The notes under the pieces are model-generated. The model searched no databases. It was not told the DNA's origin and saw only the letters and a program-made list of their open reading frames with translations. Made by a program: the position numbers and the translations under genes. A stretch of 58,665 nt of DNA from an uncultured Muribaculum sp. (GTDB lineage: Bacteria > Bacteroidota > Bacteroidia > Bacteroidales > Muribaculaceae): assembly GCA_964578325.1 (NCBI GenBank), contig CAZOCO010000002.1, positions 1 through 58,665 on the forward strand, read 5' to 3'. How positions within the stretch are numbered: the first letter of the stretch is position 1; the number at the start of each line of letters is the position of its first letter. Shown in pieces: positions 19,147 to 29,138 of this stretch.

Positions 19147-20049
19147 ATGATTCTCACTCCTGACAATCCCGGTGTACACTGCGGGCGAATAGCTACGATA
19201 GGCTCTTTCGACGGAGTTCATCGCGGGCATAGGTACATGCTTGAACAGCTTATCGAGAAAAGTCGAGCGCTCCGGTTGCGCTCATCGGTAATCACGTTTG
19301 TATCGCATCCTCGAGCAGTAACCAAAGGGCATGCCCCGATACTTACCGATCTCGATCTGAAACTCCGGCTAATAAACAGTGTCGGAGTGGATGATGTTGT
19401 ATTGCTGGAATTCAACACTCGTCTGCGTAGTATGTCGGCTGTGGATTTTATGGAGTATATAAAGCGAGTGTTCGGAGTGGAAGCTCTGTTGCTGGGTTTT
19501 AACAATCGCTTTGGTTGCGACCGCATGACGGCATTTGACGATTACCGACGAAAGGGAGCAGAAATTGGTGTCGCAGTGTACGGAGCCGATGAATATAACG
19601 CATGCAGTGTCAGTTCCACGGCTGTGCGCCGGGCAATTGAAGATGGTGATGTTGAAAGGGCGGCGCTGATGCTTGGGCGTGAATATGCGTTGAGTGGCAA
19701 GGTTGTACATGGTCGCGCATTGGGGCGTACCATCGGTTTCCCCACTGCCAATATCGAGCAGCTCGGACAGCCGTGTATTGTCCCGGCACGAGGGGTATAT
19801 GCTGTTGATATTATGCTGCCAGGGGATGATATACACCGAGCAATAATGAATATAGGCCATCGTCCTACAGTCGACAACGGAAACGACGATACGCTTGAAG
19901 TGCATGTCCTCGACTACGATGGTGATCTATACGGAAAGACGGTAGTGGTGAAATTTCTGAAGCGTCTGCGCGATGAGCGTAAATTTGACTCTATAGCGCT
20001 GCTACGCGAGCAATTGGAAGCCGATGCTTCGGTCGCCCGCACTCTTTAG
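19147..20049 (+). CDS. ribF: Bifunctional riboflavin kinase/FAD synthetase
   Basis: IGSFDGVHRGH, VSSTAVR, GRTIGFPTAN, NIGHRPTV and LRDERKF. Confidence 0.96.
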   Translation: MILTPDNPGVHCGRIATIGSFDGVHRGHRYMLEQLIEKSRALRLRSSVITFVSHPRAVTKGHAPILTDLDLKLRLINSVGVDDVVLLEFNTRLRSMSAVDFMEYIKRVFGVEALLLGFNNRFGCDRMTAFDDYRRKGAEIGVAVYGADEYNACSVSSTAVRRAIEDGDVERAALMLGREYALSGKVVHGRALGRTIGFPTANIEQLGQPCIVPARGVYAVDIMLPGDDIHRAIMNIGHRPTVDNGNDDTLEVHVLDYDGDLYGKTVVVKFLKRLRDERKFDSIALLREQLEADASVARTL

Positions 20050-20059
20050 TTTAGATGCT

Positions 20060-21532
20060 TTAAAATTGGAAGTAGATAAATGGTGCGACATTTTCGCTCA
20101 TGAACTGTACTACAGTCTGGACTACTACAATAAACAATAGTAGTTTTACACTCCAGGGGGCGGAGACAAATTTTTCAGAGGCGATATCGTACCATCTGCG
20201 GGGAAGAGAGTGTGCCACGATGATTATAATGACCATAATGAGCCACACATAGCGCACTTTGATAAATGGAACGATATATTCGGGATCGAAGTTGGTGAAA
20301 ATGTTCCGCAATATAATCAGGGAATCGTGTAGAGAGTCTGCTCTGAAAAATACGAAAAGCAAGGCTACATATGTCATCGTCAGTGCCCACGATATGGCTT
20401 TTACCGGCCATATGTCGGGAATACGCCGTAGCCACGGCTGGCAGAATTTGTGTACGGCAAGTCCGATGCCGTGCATACCACCCCACAATACGAACTTCCA
20501 CGCTGCTCCGTGCCACAGACCACCTATAAGCATGGTAAGGAAATTGTTGACATATGTGCGGATAGTGCCGCGACGGTTGCCTCCAAGTGGAATATACACG
20601 TAGTCGCGCAGCCATGTCGACAGGGAAATATGCCAGTTGCGCCAGAAGTCACTTAAATTTTGAGATTTATATGGGAAGTTGAAGTTGCGGCTCAACCGGA
20701 AACCCATTATGAGCGCTATACCTATGGCCATATCGGAGTAGCCCGAAAAATCGCAGTATATCTGTACTACGTAGCCTATAAGTCCCATAAGCGATTCAAG
20801 ACCTGTGTATCCGTCGGGAGTCTGAAATATAAGGTCGTTGTACTGCGATATATAATCGGCAATGATTGATTTCTTAATCACGCCTATCAACACTAACCAC
20901 AGGCCCTGATACATGTCGGCTGCGGTAGCGTGGGTGGAGCTTTTTATCTGTGGTAGGAAATAGTCGGCGCGCACGATGGGACCGGCCACGAGTGCCGGGA
21001 AGAACGACAGAAAGAATATATATTCAATCCAGGTTTCGGTAGGAGCTATGCGCTTTTTGTATACGTCGACTATGTAGCTGATGGATTGGAATGTGTAAAA
21101 CGAGATTCCGACAGGAAGTATTATGTCGAGCGGCTGAAAATTGGATTCTACCATCTGATTCCAGTTCCAAAGGAAAAAGTTGGCGTATTTGAAAAATCCT
21201 AATACCGAGAGTGATATAATGATAGATGTAAGCAGGCAAGCCCGCCGCGCCGCTGTGGTTGACAGTTTTACCATTAGCCGCGATAATGTCCAGTCGGTAA
21301 GCGATGTCGCTATAAGAAGTAGGAAAAACCATCCCGATGATTTATAGTAGAAATATAGCGAAAACCCGACGACAAACACCATCATTTGCCAGCGCTTGTC
21401 GCGTAGCAGGGCGAATATCGGTAGAAACACCAGGAACAACATCCAGAACAGTCCGCTTGAAAATATCATCGGATTGTCGGCTTCGTAGCGGAGCAGACCG
21501 GCTATGTTGTGGAAGATGACCGAAATATCCAT
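20060..21532 (-). CDS. MBOAT O-acyltransferase (AlgI/PatA type)
   Basis: LPVGISFYTFQSISY, GPIVRA, DFSGYSDMAIG, FWRNWHISLSTWLRDYVYIPLGG, GLWHGA and the terminal FIYFQF. Confidence 0.93.
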   Translation of the reverse strand: MDISVIFHNIAGLLRYEADNPMIFSSGLFWMLFLVFLPIFALLRDKRWQMMVFVVGFSLYFYYKSSGWFFLLLIATSLTDWTLSRLMVKLSTTAARRACLLTSIIISLSVLGFFKYANFFLWNWNQMVESNFQPLDIILPVGISFYTFQSISYIVDVYKKRIAPTETWIEYIFFLSFFPALVAGPIVRADYFLPQIKSSTHATAADMYQGLWLVLIGVIKKSIIADYISQYNDLIFQTPDGYTGLESLMGLIGYVVQIYCDFSGYSDMAIGIALIMGFRLSRNFNFPYKSQNLSDFWRNWHISLSTWLRDYVYIPLGGNRRGTIRTYVNNFLTMLIGGLWHGAAWKFVLWGGMHGIGLAVHKFCQPWLRRIPDIWPVKAISWALTMTYVALLFVFFRADSLHDSLIILRNIFTNFDPEYIVPFIKVRYVWLIMVIIIIVAHSLPRRWYDIASEKFVSAPWSVKLLLFIVVVQTVVQFMSENVAPFIYFQF

Positions 21533-21539
21533 TGCGGTG

Positions 21540-22334
21540 TCAGATTTTGGGTTGAAGTACAACTACCGAAGCAGGTCTCGATTTCAGACCCGCGGGTGGA
21601 AGTTCCATTCTGATAGGATGCTCTGCATTTGCTGGCATCCATCGGGCCACACTGTCGAGCCATAAGGCCGCAGAGGCGTGGGTGGGATGTGCGCCATCTT
21701 TGGCGCGGTCGAAGTGCATGCCGTTTGAAAGGAAAAACCGACCTTGTGGCACATTGGCCTGTATGAGGTCGTTAATGCCGGTGTCCGGCTTCCAGTTAGG
21801 AGGGCCGATCCACACGTAGGGTATATCGCCGATTTGTTTCAGCAGACGTTTTACCCATTTGTCGCGTTTGGTGGCGATGTCTTTTACAAACAGTTCGTTG
21901 CCGCCAAGGCTGATAAAGATAAATGTAGGCTTGAACCGGCGTAGAAATACCTGCAGGGTGTCGCAGCTGCCCCATTGTTCAGAAGTAGAGCTATACCATA
22001 TGACAGAGTTAAGCCGATGGCCGTTATGCTTGGCGTAGGCAGCCAGACGAGGATTTAGACCTTCGAGCATTGAATCTCCGAAGATGAGGATATTCTGTGA
22101 TGCCGTGTCGAGTTGTGCAGGGAATTTTGGCGTCGGGGCTTCTTGGATTTCGGCAACAGTCTGTCTTGTCGGCGACTGCACTTCGACGGCTGTGCTGCGG
22201 GTGAGTCGTTCGGCGATTCCCGACTGTTTTATCTCGACTCCGGAGATATTTACCGGATCGCAGAAGGAGTATATCGTTACGGCGAGCAGACTTATTCCGA
22301 GTAGAGTCCACAGACCTATGTAGTTCTTGTGCAT
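21540..22334 (-). CDS. SGNH/GDSL family protein (PatB/AlgJ-like partner)
   Basis: N-terminal anchor; GDSM block I, LGGNE block III and DGAHP block V. Confidence 0.82.
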   Translation of the reverse strand: MHKNYIGLWTLLGISLLAVTIYSFCDPVNISGVEIKQSGIAERLTRSTAVEVQSPTRQTVAEIQEAPTPKFPAQLDTASQNILIFGDSMLEGLNPRLAAYAKHNGHRLNSVIWYSSTSEQWGSCDTLQVFLRRFKPTFIFISLGGNELFVKDIATKRDKWVKRLLKQIGDIPYVWIGPPNWKPDTGINDLIQANVPQGRFFLSNGMHFDRAKDGAHPTHASAALWLDSVARWMPANAEHPIRMELPPAGLKSRPASVVVLQPKI

Positions 22335-22343
22335 GATAAATGG

Positions 22344-23186
22344 TTATTCGGAGTAGGTGAAGGTTTGATTAAAAAAGTCGAGCAGCAGGGGCAGTGTCTG
22401 TCGCCAGTAGACCCATGAATGGTTGCCCGGAGTGACAGAGTATACATGATCTATGCCACGGCTTGTGAGCGATTTATGCAGATTGTTGTTGACTCCGATG
22501 AATATGTCTTTGTCGCCACACGCTACAATGAGACGCAGTCTCCCCGGAGACAATTGCGGCAGCAGCGACATGACGGTATGGGTTTTCCATACCTGTGGCA
22601 CAGATTCGTAGGAGCCGAGCCATTGCTTTATCTTCCATCTGTTATGAAATCGGGGCATATTGATGTCTACCGCGCCACTCATCGAGCCTGCCGATGCAAA
22701 CATATCTGGGTGGCGCATGGCGATCCATAGTGCACCGTGGCCTCCCATCGACAATCCGGCTATAGCCCGGTTATTGCGGTCGGCGCGTGTGCGCAGACGT
22801 CGGTCTATGGTTGATATGACATCGCATGTGATGTAGCTTTCCATCTGCATCGATGGGTCGACCGGGGAATCAAAATACCAGCTGTCACGGCCGTCGGGAC
22901 AGACTAAAATTATGTTGTTGCTGTCGGCCAACGAGTCAAGAGGTGTGCTTTTGACATAGGAGGTGTGGTCGCCGTCATATCCATTAAGCAGGTAGACCGT
23001 AGGATAGCGGGTAGTATCGCCCTCTTGCAGATATGCTTTAGGCACTACTACGGTGACCACCGCCGGTGCTGCAATATTGGAGGTCGTAATATGCAGTGTG
23101 TCAATTTGCGACATTATCGGCCGGAATGCCCACGTTGAAAATGTCGCCAGAATTGCAGATAATAATGTTGGTAGCCGCAGATTCAT
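22344..23186 (-). CDS. Secreted alpha/beta-hydrolase esterase (CE1-like)
   Basis: YPTVYLLNG, SWYFDSP, GLSMGGHG nucleophile elbow and 'GNHSWVYW'. Start at MNLRL. Confidence 0.85.
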   Translation of the reverse strand: MNLRLPTLLSAILATFSTWAFRPIMSQIDTLHITTSNIAAPAVVTVVVPKAYLQEGDTTRYPTVYLLNGYDGDHTSYVKSTPLDSLADSNNIILVCPDGRDSWYFDSPVDPSMQMESYITCDVISTIDRRLRTRADRNNRAIAGLSMGGHGALWIAMRHPDMFASAGSMSGAVDINMPRFHNRWKIKQWLGSYESVPQVWKTHTVMSLLPQLSPGRLRLIVACGDKDIFIGVNNNLHKSLTSRGIDHVYSVTPGNHSWVYWRQTLPLLLDFFNQTFTYSE

Positions 23187-23187
23187 A

Positions 23188-24375
23188 TCAGGAATTATTG
23201 TCGGCCAGAGCATTGGCCAATCGGTTGAGGGCTGTGGTGACGATTTCTCGGGAAGTAGCGACGTTCAGACGCATGAAACCCGATCCTTGCTCGCCAAACA
23301 TAGCGCCGTCGTTCAGCGCGAGTCCGGCCCGGTCGATAAATAGTGATATCAGAGAATCGTGGTCGAGACCGAGTGCGCGGCAGTCAAGCCATATCAGAAA
23401 AGAGGCATCAGGTCGCAGGGCTTTTATAGCCGGTATGCGACGTGACAGAATTTCTTCGGTTGTGCGGATGTTGCCTTCGATATATGCCACCGCTTGGTCG
23501 AGCCACCGGTCTCCGTTGTTATAGGCGGCCACTGTGCCATCTATAGCCATCATGGTCGGTACGTTGAGTTCGTTGACGGTAAGCCATTGGTAGAAACCTT
23601 CACGCAGCTCGGGGTTGGGGATGACGGCCCATGAAGATACCAGGCCGGGTATGTTGAAAGTCTTTGACGGAGCTCCGAACATGATGCCTACAGCGCGTGC
23701 GTCATCGCTGACAGAAAGGAACGGTATGTGCTTTCCTCCCCACAACATAAGGTCGGCATGTATTTCGTCGGAAATGACAATCATGTCGTATCGGCGCGCG
23801 ATAGCTGCTATCTTTTGTAGCGTGTCGGCACTCCACTGTCGTCCACCTGGGTTGTGAGGGTTGCAGAGTATCATCATGCGTGGTCGTTGACCGGCGACAG
23901 TGTGTTCAAACGAATCGATATCTATGTGGTAATTGCCGGAGGAGTCCTGTACAAGCGGATTTTCTACCACCACACGGTTGTTGCCCTTGGTAAGTGCGGC
24001 AAACGGGTGGTAGACAGGAGGCTGTATAAGTATCTTATCTCCGGGCTTGGTGAAGTAGTTGATGGCCAGGCCTATGGCACGTACGATTCCGGGTACGTAA
24101 GTTAGTGTCTCCGGTTCGATGTCGAAACTGTGTCGACGGTGTACCCAGTCTATAATTGAGTGCCAGAAGCGTTCCGGTACCAAAGGATAGCCGTAGACCC
24201 TTTGGTCGACTCGATGCCGAAGTGCATCGGTGATAGCGGGCTCTACCGCGAAATCCATGTCGGCTACCCATAGTGGCAGTAGACCGTCGCGGCCGAAATC
24301 GGTGAGCAGACGGTCGTATTTCACACACTCTGAATTGTGGCGGTCGACAATAGTGTCGAAATCGTATTGTATCAT
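23188..24375 (-). CDS. MalY/PatB family PLP cystathionine beta-lyase
   Basis: LWVADMDF, LCNPHNPGG, SDEIHAD and APSKTFNIPG. The ATG at 24375 overlaps the AKR stop (ATGA). Confidence 0.9.
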   Translation of the reverse strand: MIQYDFDTIVDRHNSECVKYDRLLTDFGRDGLLPLWVADMDFAVEPAITDALRHRVDQRVYGYPLVPERFWHSIIDWVHRRHSFDIEPETLTYVPGIVRAIGLAINYFTKPGDKILIQPPVYHPFAALTKGNNRVVVENPLVQDSSGNYHIDIDSFEHTVAGQRPRMMILCNPHNPGGRQWSADTLQKIAAIARRYDMIVISDEIHADLMLWGGKHIPFLSVSDDARAVGIMFGAPSKTFNIPGLVSSWAVIPNPELREGFYQWLTVNELNVPTMMAIDGTVAAYNNGDRWLDQAVAYIEGNIRTTEEILSRRIPAIKALRPDASFLIWLDCRALGLDHDSLISLFIDRAGLALNDGAMFGEQGSGFMRLNVATSREIVTTALNRLANALADNNS

Positions 24376-25826
24376 AGATTGTCTTGCTTCAGCTGTTCTA
24401 CAATAGTGTCTATTCTTACCATTTGTCCAGGTATGTCGATAGATTGCGGACATTTTGGCAGGCAGATACCGCATCCTACACAATGGTCGGCCTGACGGAA
24501 CGACGGTATGGCGCGGTCATAGTCGATAAGAAATGCACGGCGTGCACGGCGATAATCGGGATCTTGCGACGATGCCACTACATTGCCTTCATTAACACAC
24601 TTGTTGTAATGGGCGAATATTCCCGGAATGTCCAGCCCATAGGGGCATGGCATACAATACTGGCAGGCTGTACATGGCACGGTGGGATAACGAAGCATGA
24701 TCTGCGCCGTCTCTTCAAGCAGATTAAGCTCGTCGTCGGATAAGGGTTTCAGCGGTGAGTAGGTGGCAATGTTGTCGTCGAGATGATCCATGTAGGTCAT
24801 GCCCGATAATACGGTAAGTATACCCTCCTGATGTCCGGCGAACCGGAAAGCCCACGATGCTACAGAGCGTTCGGGTTCGCGCTGTTTAAGGGTTGCCACC
24901 AGATTGTCGTTGAGCGCCGACAGGCGTCCGCCAAGCAGAGGTTCCATCACCACTACCGGTATGCCGCGCGAATGCAGCTGGTCGTAAAGCCATTCAGCGT
25001 TGGTGTTGAATCCCGATGCGTGACGCCAGTCTACGTAGTTGGATTGTATCTGTACGAAATCCCATTTTGCTTTCCCCTCGTCGTGGAGCTTGAGCATGTA
25101 GTTGAACGATTCAACGTCGCCGTGGTACGACCATCCGAGATTGCGTATCTTTCCTTGTCGCCGTAGGTCGAGCAGATAGTCGAGTACACCGTTGTCTATG
25201 ATGCGTTCTTCCATTATTTGCCATCCCGGAGGATCGTCTGGGTGCAGTCTTGAGGTCTGCGGCATTACGGGATGTCCGAGCCCTACACAGTGAATCAGGT
25301 AATAGTCAATATAGTCGGTCTGTAGCTGACGCAATGAATTTTCAAACATTTCACGCGCACCTTTGAGGGTGCGTAGATCCGGATTGTCGGGATGTGTGGA
25401 GAGTTTTGTCGCCAGGAAATATGATTGTCGCGGATGGCGTGACAGTGCGATTCCCGTGGCTTGTTCACTCTTTCCTTTAAGATATGGTGGTGCAGTGTCG
25501 AAATAGTTTACGCCGTGTTCGATGGCGTGGTCTACAAGCCGGTTTACCGCGTCCTGGTCGATTATCATATCGTCGGTGTCGGCGTCGTACTTCTGGGGCC
25601 AGCGCATACATCCGTATCCGAGCAACGATACTTTGTCGCCTGTGATTGGCGATGTGCGGTAGGTCATTTCTCCGGTTGCAACCGGAGTGTCGTCGGCAGT
25701 TACGTTGTCTGTATCGGAGGCTTTTTTGTGGCACCCGGCCATAGTAATGCCGGCTACGGCTGCCGCGCCGGCCGACAGGCGGGTCAGGAATGTGCGTCGT
25801 GATATGTCGTTGTTATGCTTTTCCAT
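24372..25826 (-). CDS. Tat-exported aldo/keto reductase with C-terminal 4Fe-4S dicluster
   Basis: SRRTFL twin-arginine signal; LGYGCMR, NYFDTA and VMEPLLGG; CTACQYCMPCP and CVGCGICLPKCP. Confidence 0.9.
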   Translation of the reverse strand: MEKHNNDISRRTFLTRLSAGAAAVAGITMAGCHKKASDTDNVTADDTPVATGEMTYRTSPITGDKVSLLGYGCMRWPQKYDADTDDMIIDQDAVNRLVDHAIEHGVNYFDTAPPYLKGKSEQATGIALSRHPRQSYFLATKLSTHPDNPDLRTLKGAREMFENSLRQLQTDYIDYYLIHCVGLGHPVMPQTSRLHPDDPPGWQIMEERIIDNGVLDYLLDLRRQGKIRNLGWSYHGDVESFNYMLKLHDEGKAKWDFVQIQSNYVDWRHASGFNTNAEWLYDQLHSRGIPVVVMEPLLGGRLSALNDNLVATLKQREPERSVASWAFRFAGHQEGILTVLSGMTYMDHLDDNIATYSPLKPLSDDELNLLEETAQIMLRYPTVPCTACQYCMPCPYGLDIPGIFAHYNKCVNEGNVVASSQDPDYRRARRAFLIDYDRAIPSFRQADHCVGCGICLPKCPQSIDIPGQMVRIDTIVEQLKQDNL

Positions 25827-25853
25827 TGGCGAATGTTGTTTGGAGGGATCAGT

Positions 25854-27238
25854 TTAAATGTGTCGGTGACTGTCGAGTCCGTCAACCACAATGGCCGAGA
25901 AAGGTCGCGACGGACACACATATTCGCATGCGCCACATCCGATGCAGCGGTTTTCGTTTACGACCGGTATTTTGAGTCCTTCGGGATCATCTGCGTTAAG
26001 CGGCACCATCTGTATGGCCCCCGATGGGCAATGGCGAGCGCAGTTTCCGCATTTCACCCCGTCGGCTACAGGGAGGCAGTTGGCTTTGATCCAGCGTGCC
26101 ACACCGACCTGAATGGCCGTGCGTTGCTCACGTGTCACCGGACGGATAGCTCCGGTGGGGCATACCTGGCTACACCGAGTGCATTCCGGGCGGCAGAAGC
26201 CTTTTTCGTAGCTGCATCGTGGTTGCATGGCGTCATCTATAGTGGTGGCGGGTCGAAGCACATGGTTGGGGCATACGGAGATACACAGTTGGCATGCCGT
26301 ACAGTGAGAGCGCATGTTGGCCGGACTCTCCGACCCGGGCGGGGTGATGGGATGCCGACGTACAGGTGGTTGCTTGTCTTCTACTACAGCCAGACCGCCG
26401 TCGAGATGTACGCCCGATGCTTTTACGAGCAGCGAGCCTCCGGCAATTGCAGTAGCCGACAGGAAGGCGCGGCGGGAGGTGTCGGCTGGTGTATTCTCGT
26501 CAGAAGTTTTCACCTGTACGGGGTGCCCGTATTTTATGGCATTGCGGTGGCATTTGCCCAGACAGTCGAAACATGTTACACAGCGCAGATAGTCGATTTT
26601 GTGGTTTTTATGGTCGATACAGGCGCATTTGCAATTGCGTGCACATAGTCCGCAGCCGTTACAGCGGTCAGTATCGATATATGGCTTTAGCCATGAATAC
26701 TGACTCAAATAGCCCAATATGGTGCCGACCGGACAGATTGTATTGCAGTATGTGCGACCGTTGCGCACAGCCAGTATCACTATTATTATAAAGGATATTG
26801 CCGCCACTACAGAGGGCTTAATGAAACCGATATAATCCTACCGAATGAACTGTATGGAGCAAGCAGGCCTACAAGCAAGCTGAAGTCTGCGATTACAGCC
26901 AAGGCAAACAGGGCGAATACGGTAAGTTGCAGTCCGCTGTGAGCCGGTGAATATGAGTATGGGTTACGTCGGCCGATTCGTCCGATACGGGCCAAGACGT
27001 CTTGCATTATACCCAGCGGACATACTACCGAACAGTAAATACGCCCGAACACGAGTGTGGTAATCACCAGAGCGGCAAGTACAATCAGGTTCAGTGCAAG
27101 AAATGCTGGTAGAAACTGTATTTTTGCCATCCATCCCCACAGAGGCTGAACTGTACCTGTGAAGTCAAGGAAAAGCAATGTGACAGCGATAAGCGACACA
27201 ATCGCCACCGCGCGTCGGATAACTGCGGGAGTATTCAT
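25854..27238 (-). pseudogene. Membrane 4Fe-4S (NapH/polyferredoxin-like) protein split into two ORFs (26807-27238 and 25854-26807)
   Basis: The N-part has FGRIYCSVVCPLG and stops at SPL-TAG (26809-26807). The C-part, in another frame, has GRTYCNTICPVG and multiple CxxCxxCxxxC motifs. As I recall them, Bacteroidales homologs beside this AKR are one ~500-aa protein. Confidence 0.7.
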
Positions 27239-27259
27239 TAGTCTGATAAACGGTTTGCT

Positions 27260-27267
27260 CAAAGTTA
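27260..27267 (-). promoter_or_regulatory. -7 element heading the 4Fe-4S...MBOAT operon
   Basis: Minus strand TAACTTTG, 21 nt upstream of the ATG at 27238. Confidence 0.6.
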
Positions 27268-27283
27268 GCAAAAAAAATCCAGA

Positions 27284-27940
27284 CTACAACTGTCCTTCCT
27301 CTACCAGAATGCATACACGCTCTATAAGTGCGTCATCGTCGTTTTTGTCAGGCCGGAAATGAGCTTTCAGATTTACTCCGAAAAAGCGTCCGAACGTCTG
27401 CCAGAAACCGGCACGAAACGACCCCAGAAAAGCCTTTATGATGTCGTAGCCCGACTGATTGGTCTCGCGGTCTATAAGCTTTATCAGCATTTTGCCCTGA
27501 CTCTTGGTAAAGGTCTTCATTACAGGCTTGTATTGCTCAAATATATCTTTTTCCATCTGTTTCAGATGGGCTTCACGTTCAGCTTTGGTGGGGAAGGTCT
27601 CGATATATTCGTAGGTTTCGAGCAGTGTCTCGGCAATCATCTTGGCGTAGGGGAGAGTGCGTTTTACGTCGCGCACCGTGCGCCAGTAAAATTGCTCCTG
27701 CTTCTTGTTTTTGAATTTGAGTGGTGAAAACACTGTGACATTGTTCAGTACCACCATCAGTGCCGTGTCGCCATCTTCCGTGACAAATGGGTATCGGCGG
27801 CGCACATGCTGTGGTTTTACTGCCGGCAGTTCGATGTCGAGACTGTCGGTGGTCAACGCGCGGCCGCTTATATCCGCCTTGCAGCAGTCGGACCACAATG
27901 CCACAATTGCAGCAATCAATATCATACGCAGATATGCCAT
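27284..27940 (-). CDS. DUF4294 domain protein
   Basis: 'VRDVKRTLPYAK', 'SQGKMLIKLIDRET' and 'FWQTFGRFFG' motifs. Start at MAYLRM. Confidence 0.85.
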   Translation of the reverse strand: MAYLRMILIAAIVALWSDCCKADISGRALTTDSLDIELPAVKPQHVRRRYPFVTEDGDTALMVVLNNVTVFSPLKFKNKKQEQFYWRTVRDVKRTLPYAKMIAETLLETYEYIETFPTKAEREAHLKQMEKDIFEQYKPVMKTFTKSQGKMLIKLIDRETNQSGYDIIKAFLGSFRAGFWQTFGRFFGVNLKAHFRPDKNDDDALIERVCILVEEGQL

Positions 27941-28103
27941 ATTAATATAACGCTTTACGCCCGAAAAAAATTGCAGAAAAATAAAAAATAGGCATGCGAG
28001 GCGTATGCGGATTATTGCACAGATGTGCCATTTTAGTGCAGTAAGTTGATTATGATAGAAAAAATATGTACTTTTGTGCCGTCTAATCATAATTACAGAC
28101 GCT

Positions 28104-29129
28104 ATGACAGCAGAACTTGACTGGGGATCGCTCCCATTTGGCTATGTGCCAACCGACTACAATGTGCGTTGCTACTATCGCAATGGAAAGTGGGGCGACA
28201 TAGAAGTTTCCGATTCAGAGTATATCAACCTTCATATGGCTGCTACGGCTCTCCACTACGGTCAGGAGGCTTTTGAAGGCCTCAAGGCTTTTAGAGGAAA
28301 AGATGGGAAAGTACGTATATTCCGTCTGGAAGAAAATGCAAAACGTATTATATCCAGCGCCAAAGGTATCATGATGGCTCCGATTACAGAGGAGCTTTTC
28401 AAGGAGATGGCGCTGAAAGTAGTAAAGCTAAACGAGCGTTTTATCCCACCATATGGTTCCGGCGCCTCGCTGTACATCCGACCGCTCGAAATCGGTATTT
28501 CGCCACGTGTAGGTGTAAAGCCGGCCGACGAATATCTGTTTATGATGCTCGTGAGTCCCGTCGGTCCGTATTTTAAGTCGGGATTCAAACCCACAAAGAT
28601 CTGTATCATGCGTCAGTATGACCGTGTTGCTCCTAAAGGCACCGGACGTTATAAGGTAGGCGGTAACTATGCTGCGTCGCTGGCAGCAACCGAGCATGCC
28701 CACGATCTTGGATATTCAGCAGTGCTGTTTCTCGACCCTAAAGAAAAGAAATATCTCGACGAGTGTGGGCCTGCCAATTTCTTTGCAATTAAAGACGGTG
28801 TATATATCACCCCTGAATCCGAGTCGATTTTGCCGTCGATTACCAATATGAGTTTTATGCAGCTTGCCGCCGATATGGGGCTTAAGGTTGAACGCCGACA
28901 CATACCTGTCGAGGAACTTGCCGATGTGCAGGAAGCTGCAGCATGCGGTACTGCTGCCGTGGCATCGCCGGTCGGTGAAATTCATGACATCGACACAGGA
29001 ATCAAGTATGAGCTTTGCCCCGACGGAAATCCCGGTGAGATAACCACCGCGCTCTACAATCGTCTGCGTGCCGTGCAGCTCGGCGAATACGATGATGTAC
29101 ACGGCTGGAATACAATAGTCGACCTATAG
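28104..29129 (+). CDS. ilvE: Branched-chain amino acid aminotransferase
   Basis: LHYGQEAFEGLKA, ASLYIRP, KVGGNYAAS, ILPSIT and ACGTAAV; TACTTTTG -7 element upstream. Confidence 0.95.
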   Translation: MTAELDWGSLPFGYVPTDYNVRCYYRNGKWGDIEVSDSEYINLHMAATALHYGQEAFEGLKAFRGKDGKVRIFRLEENAKRIISSAKGIMMAPITEELFKEMALKVVKLNERFIPPYGSGASLYIRPLEIGISPRVGVKPADEYLFMMLVSPVGPYFKSGFKPTKICIMRQYDRVAPKGTGRYKVGGNYAASLAATEHAHDLGYSAVLFLDPKEKKYLDECGPANFFAIKDGVYITPESESILPSITNMSFMQLAADMGLKVERRHIPVEELADVQEAAACGTAAVASPVGEIHDIDTGIKYELCPDGNPGEITTALYNRLRAVQLGEYDDVHGWNTIVDL

Positions 29130-29138
29130 TAATCGACA

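Noticed and set aside
26807-26809. TAG read-through (pyrrolysine or stop suppression) in the 4Fe-4S gene
   Set aside because: The downstream coding sequence is in a different frame and residues appear to be missing, so read-through would not restore the protein.
27941-28090. N-terminal extensions in the ORF track (DUF4294, SpoU 30984, MalY 24483, GH32 37206, GH2 17509)
   Set aside because: Most run through promoter regions or neighbouring genes; downstream ATGs give proper signal peptides or family N-termini.
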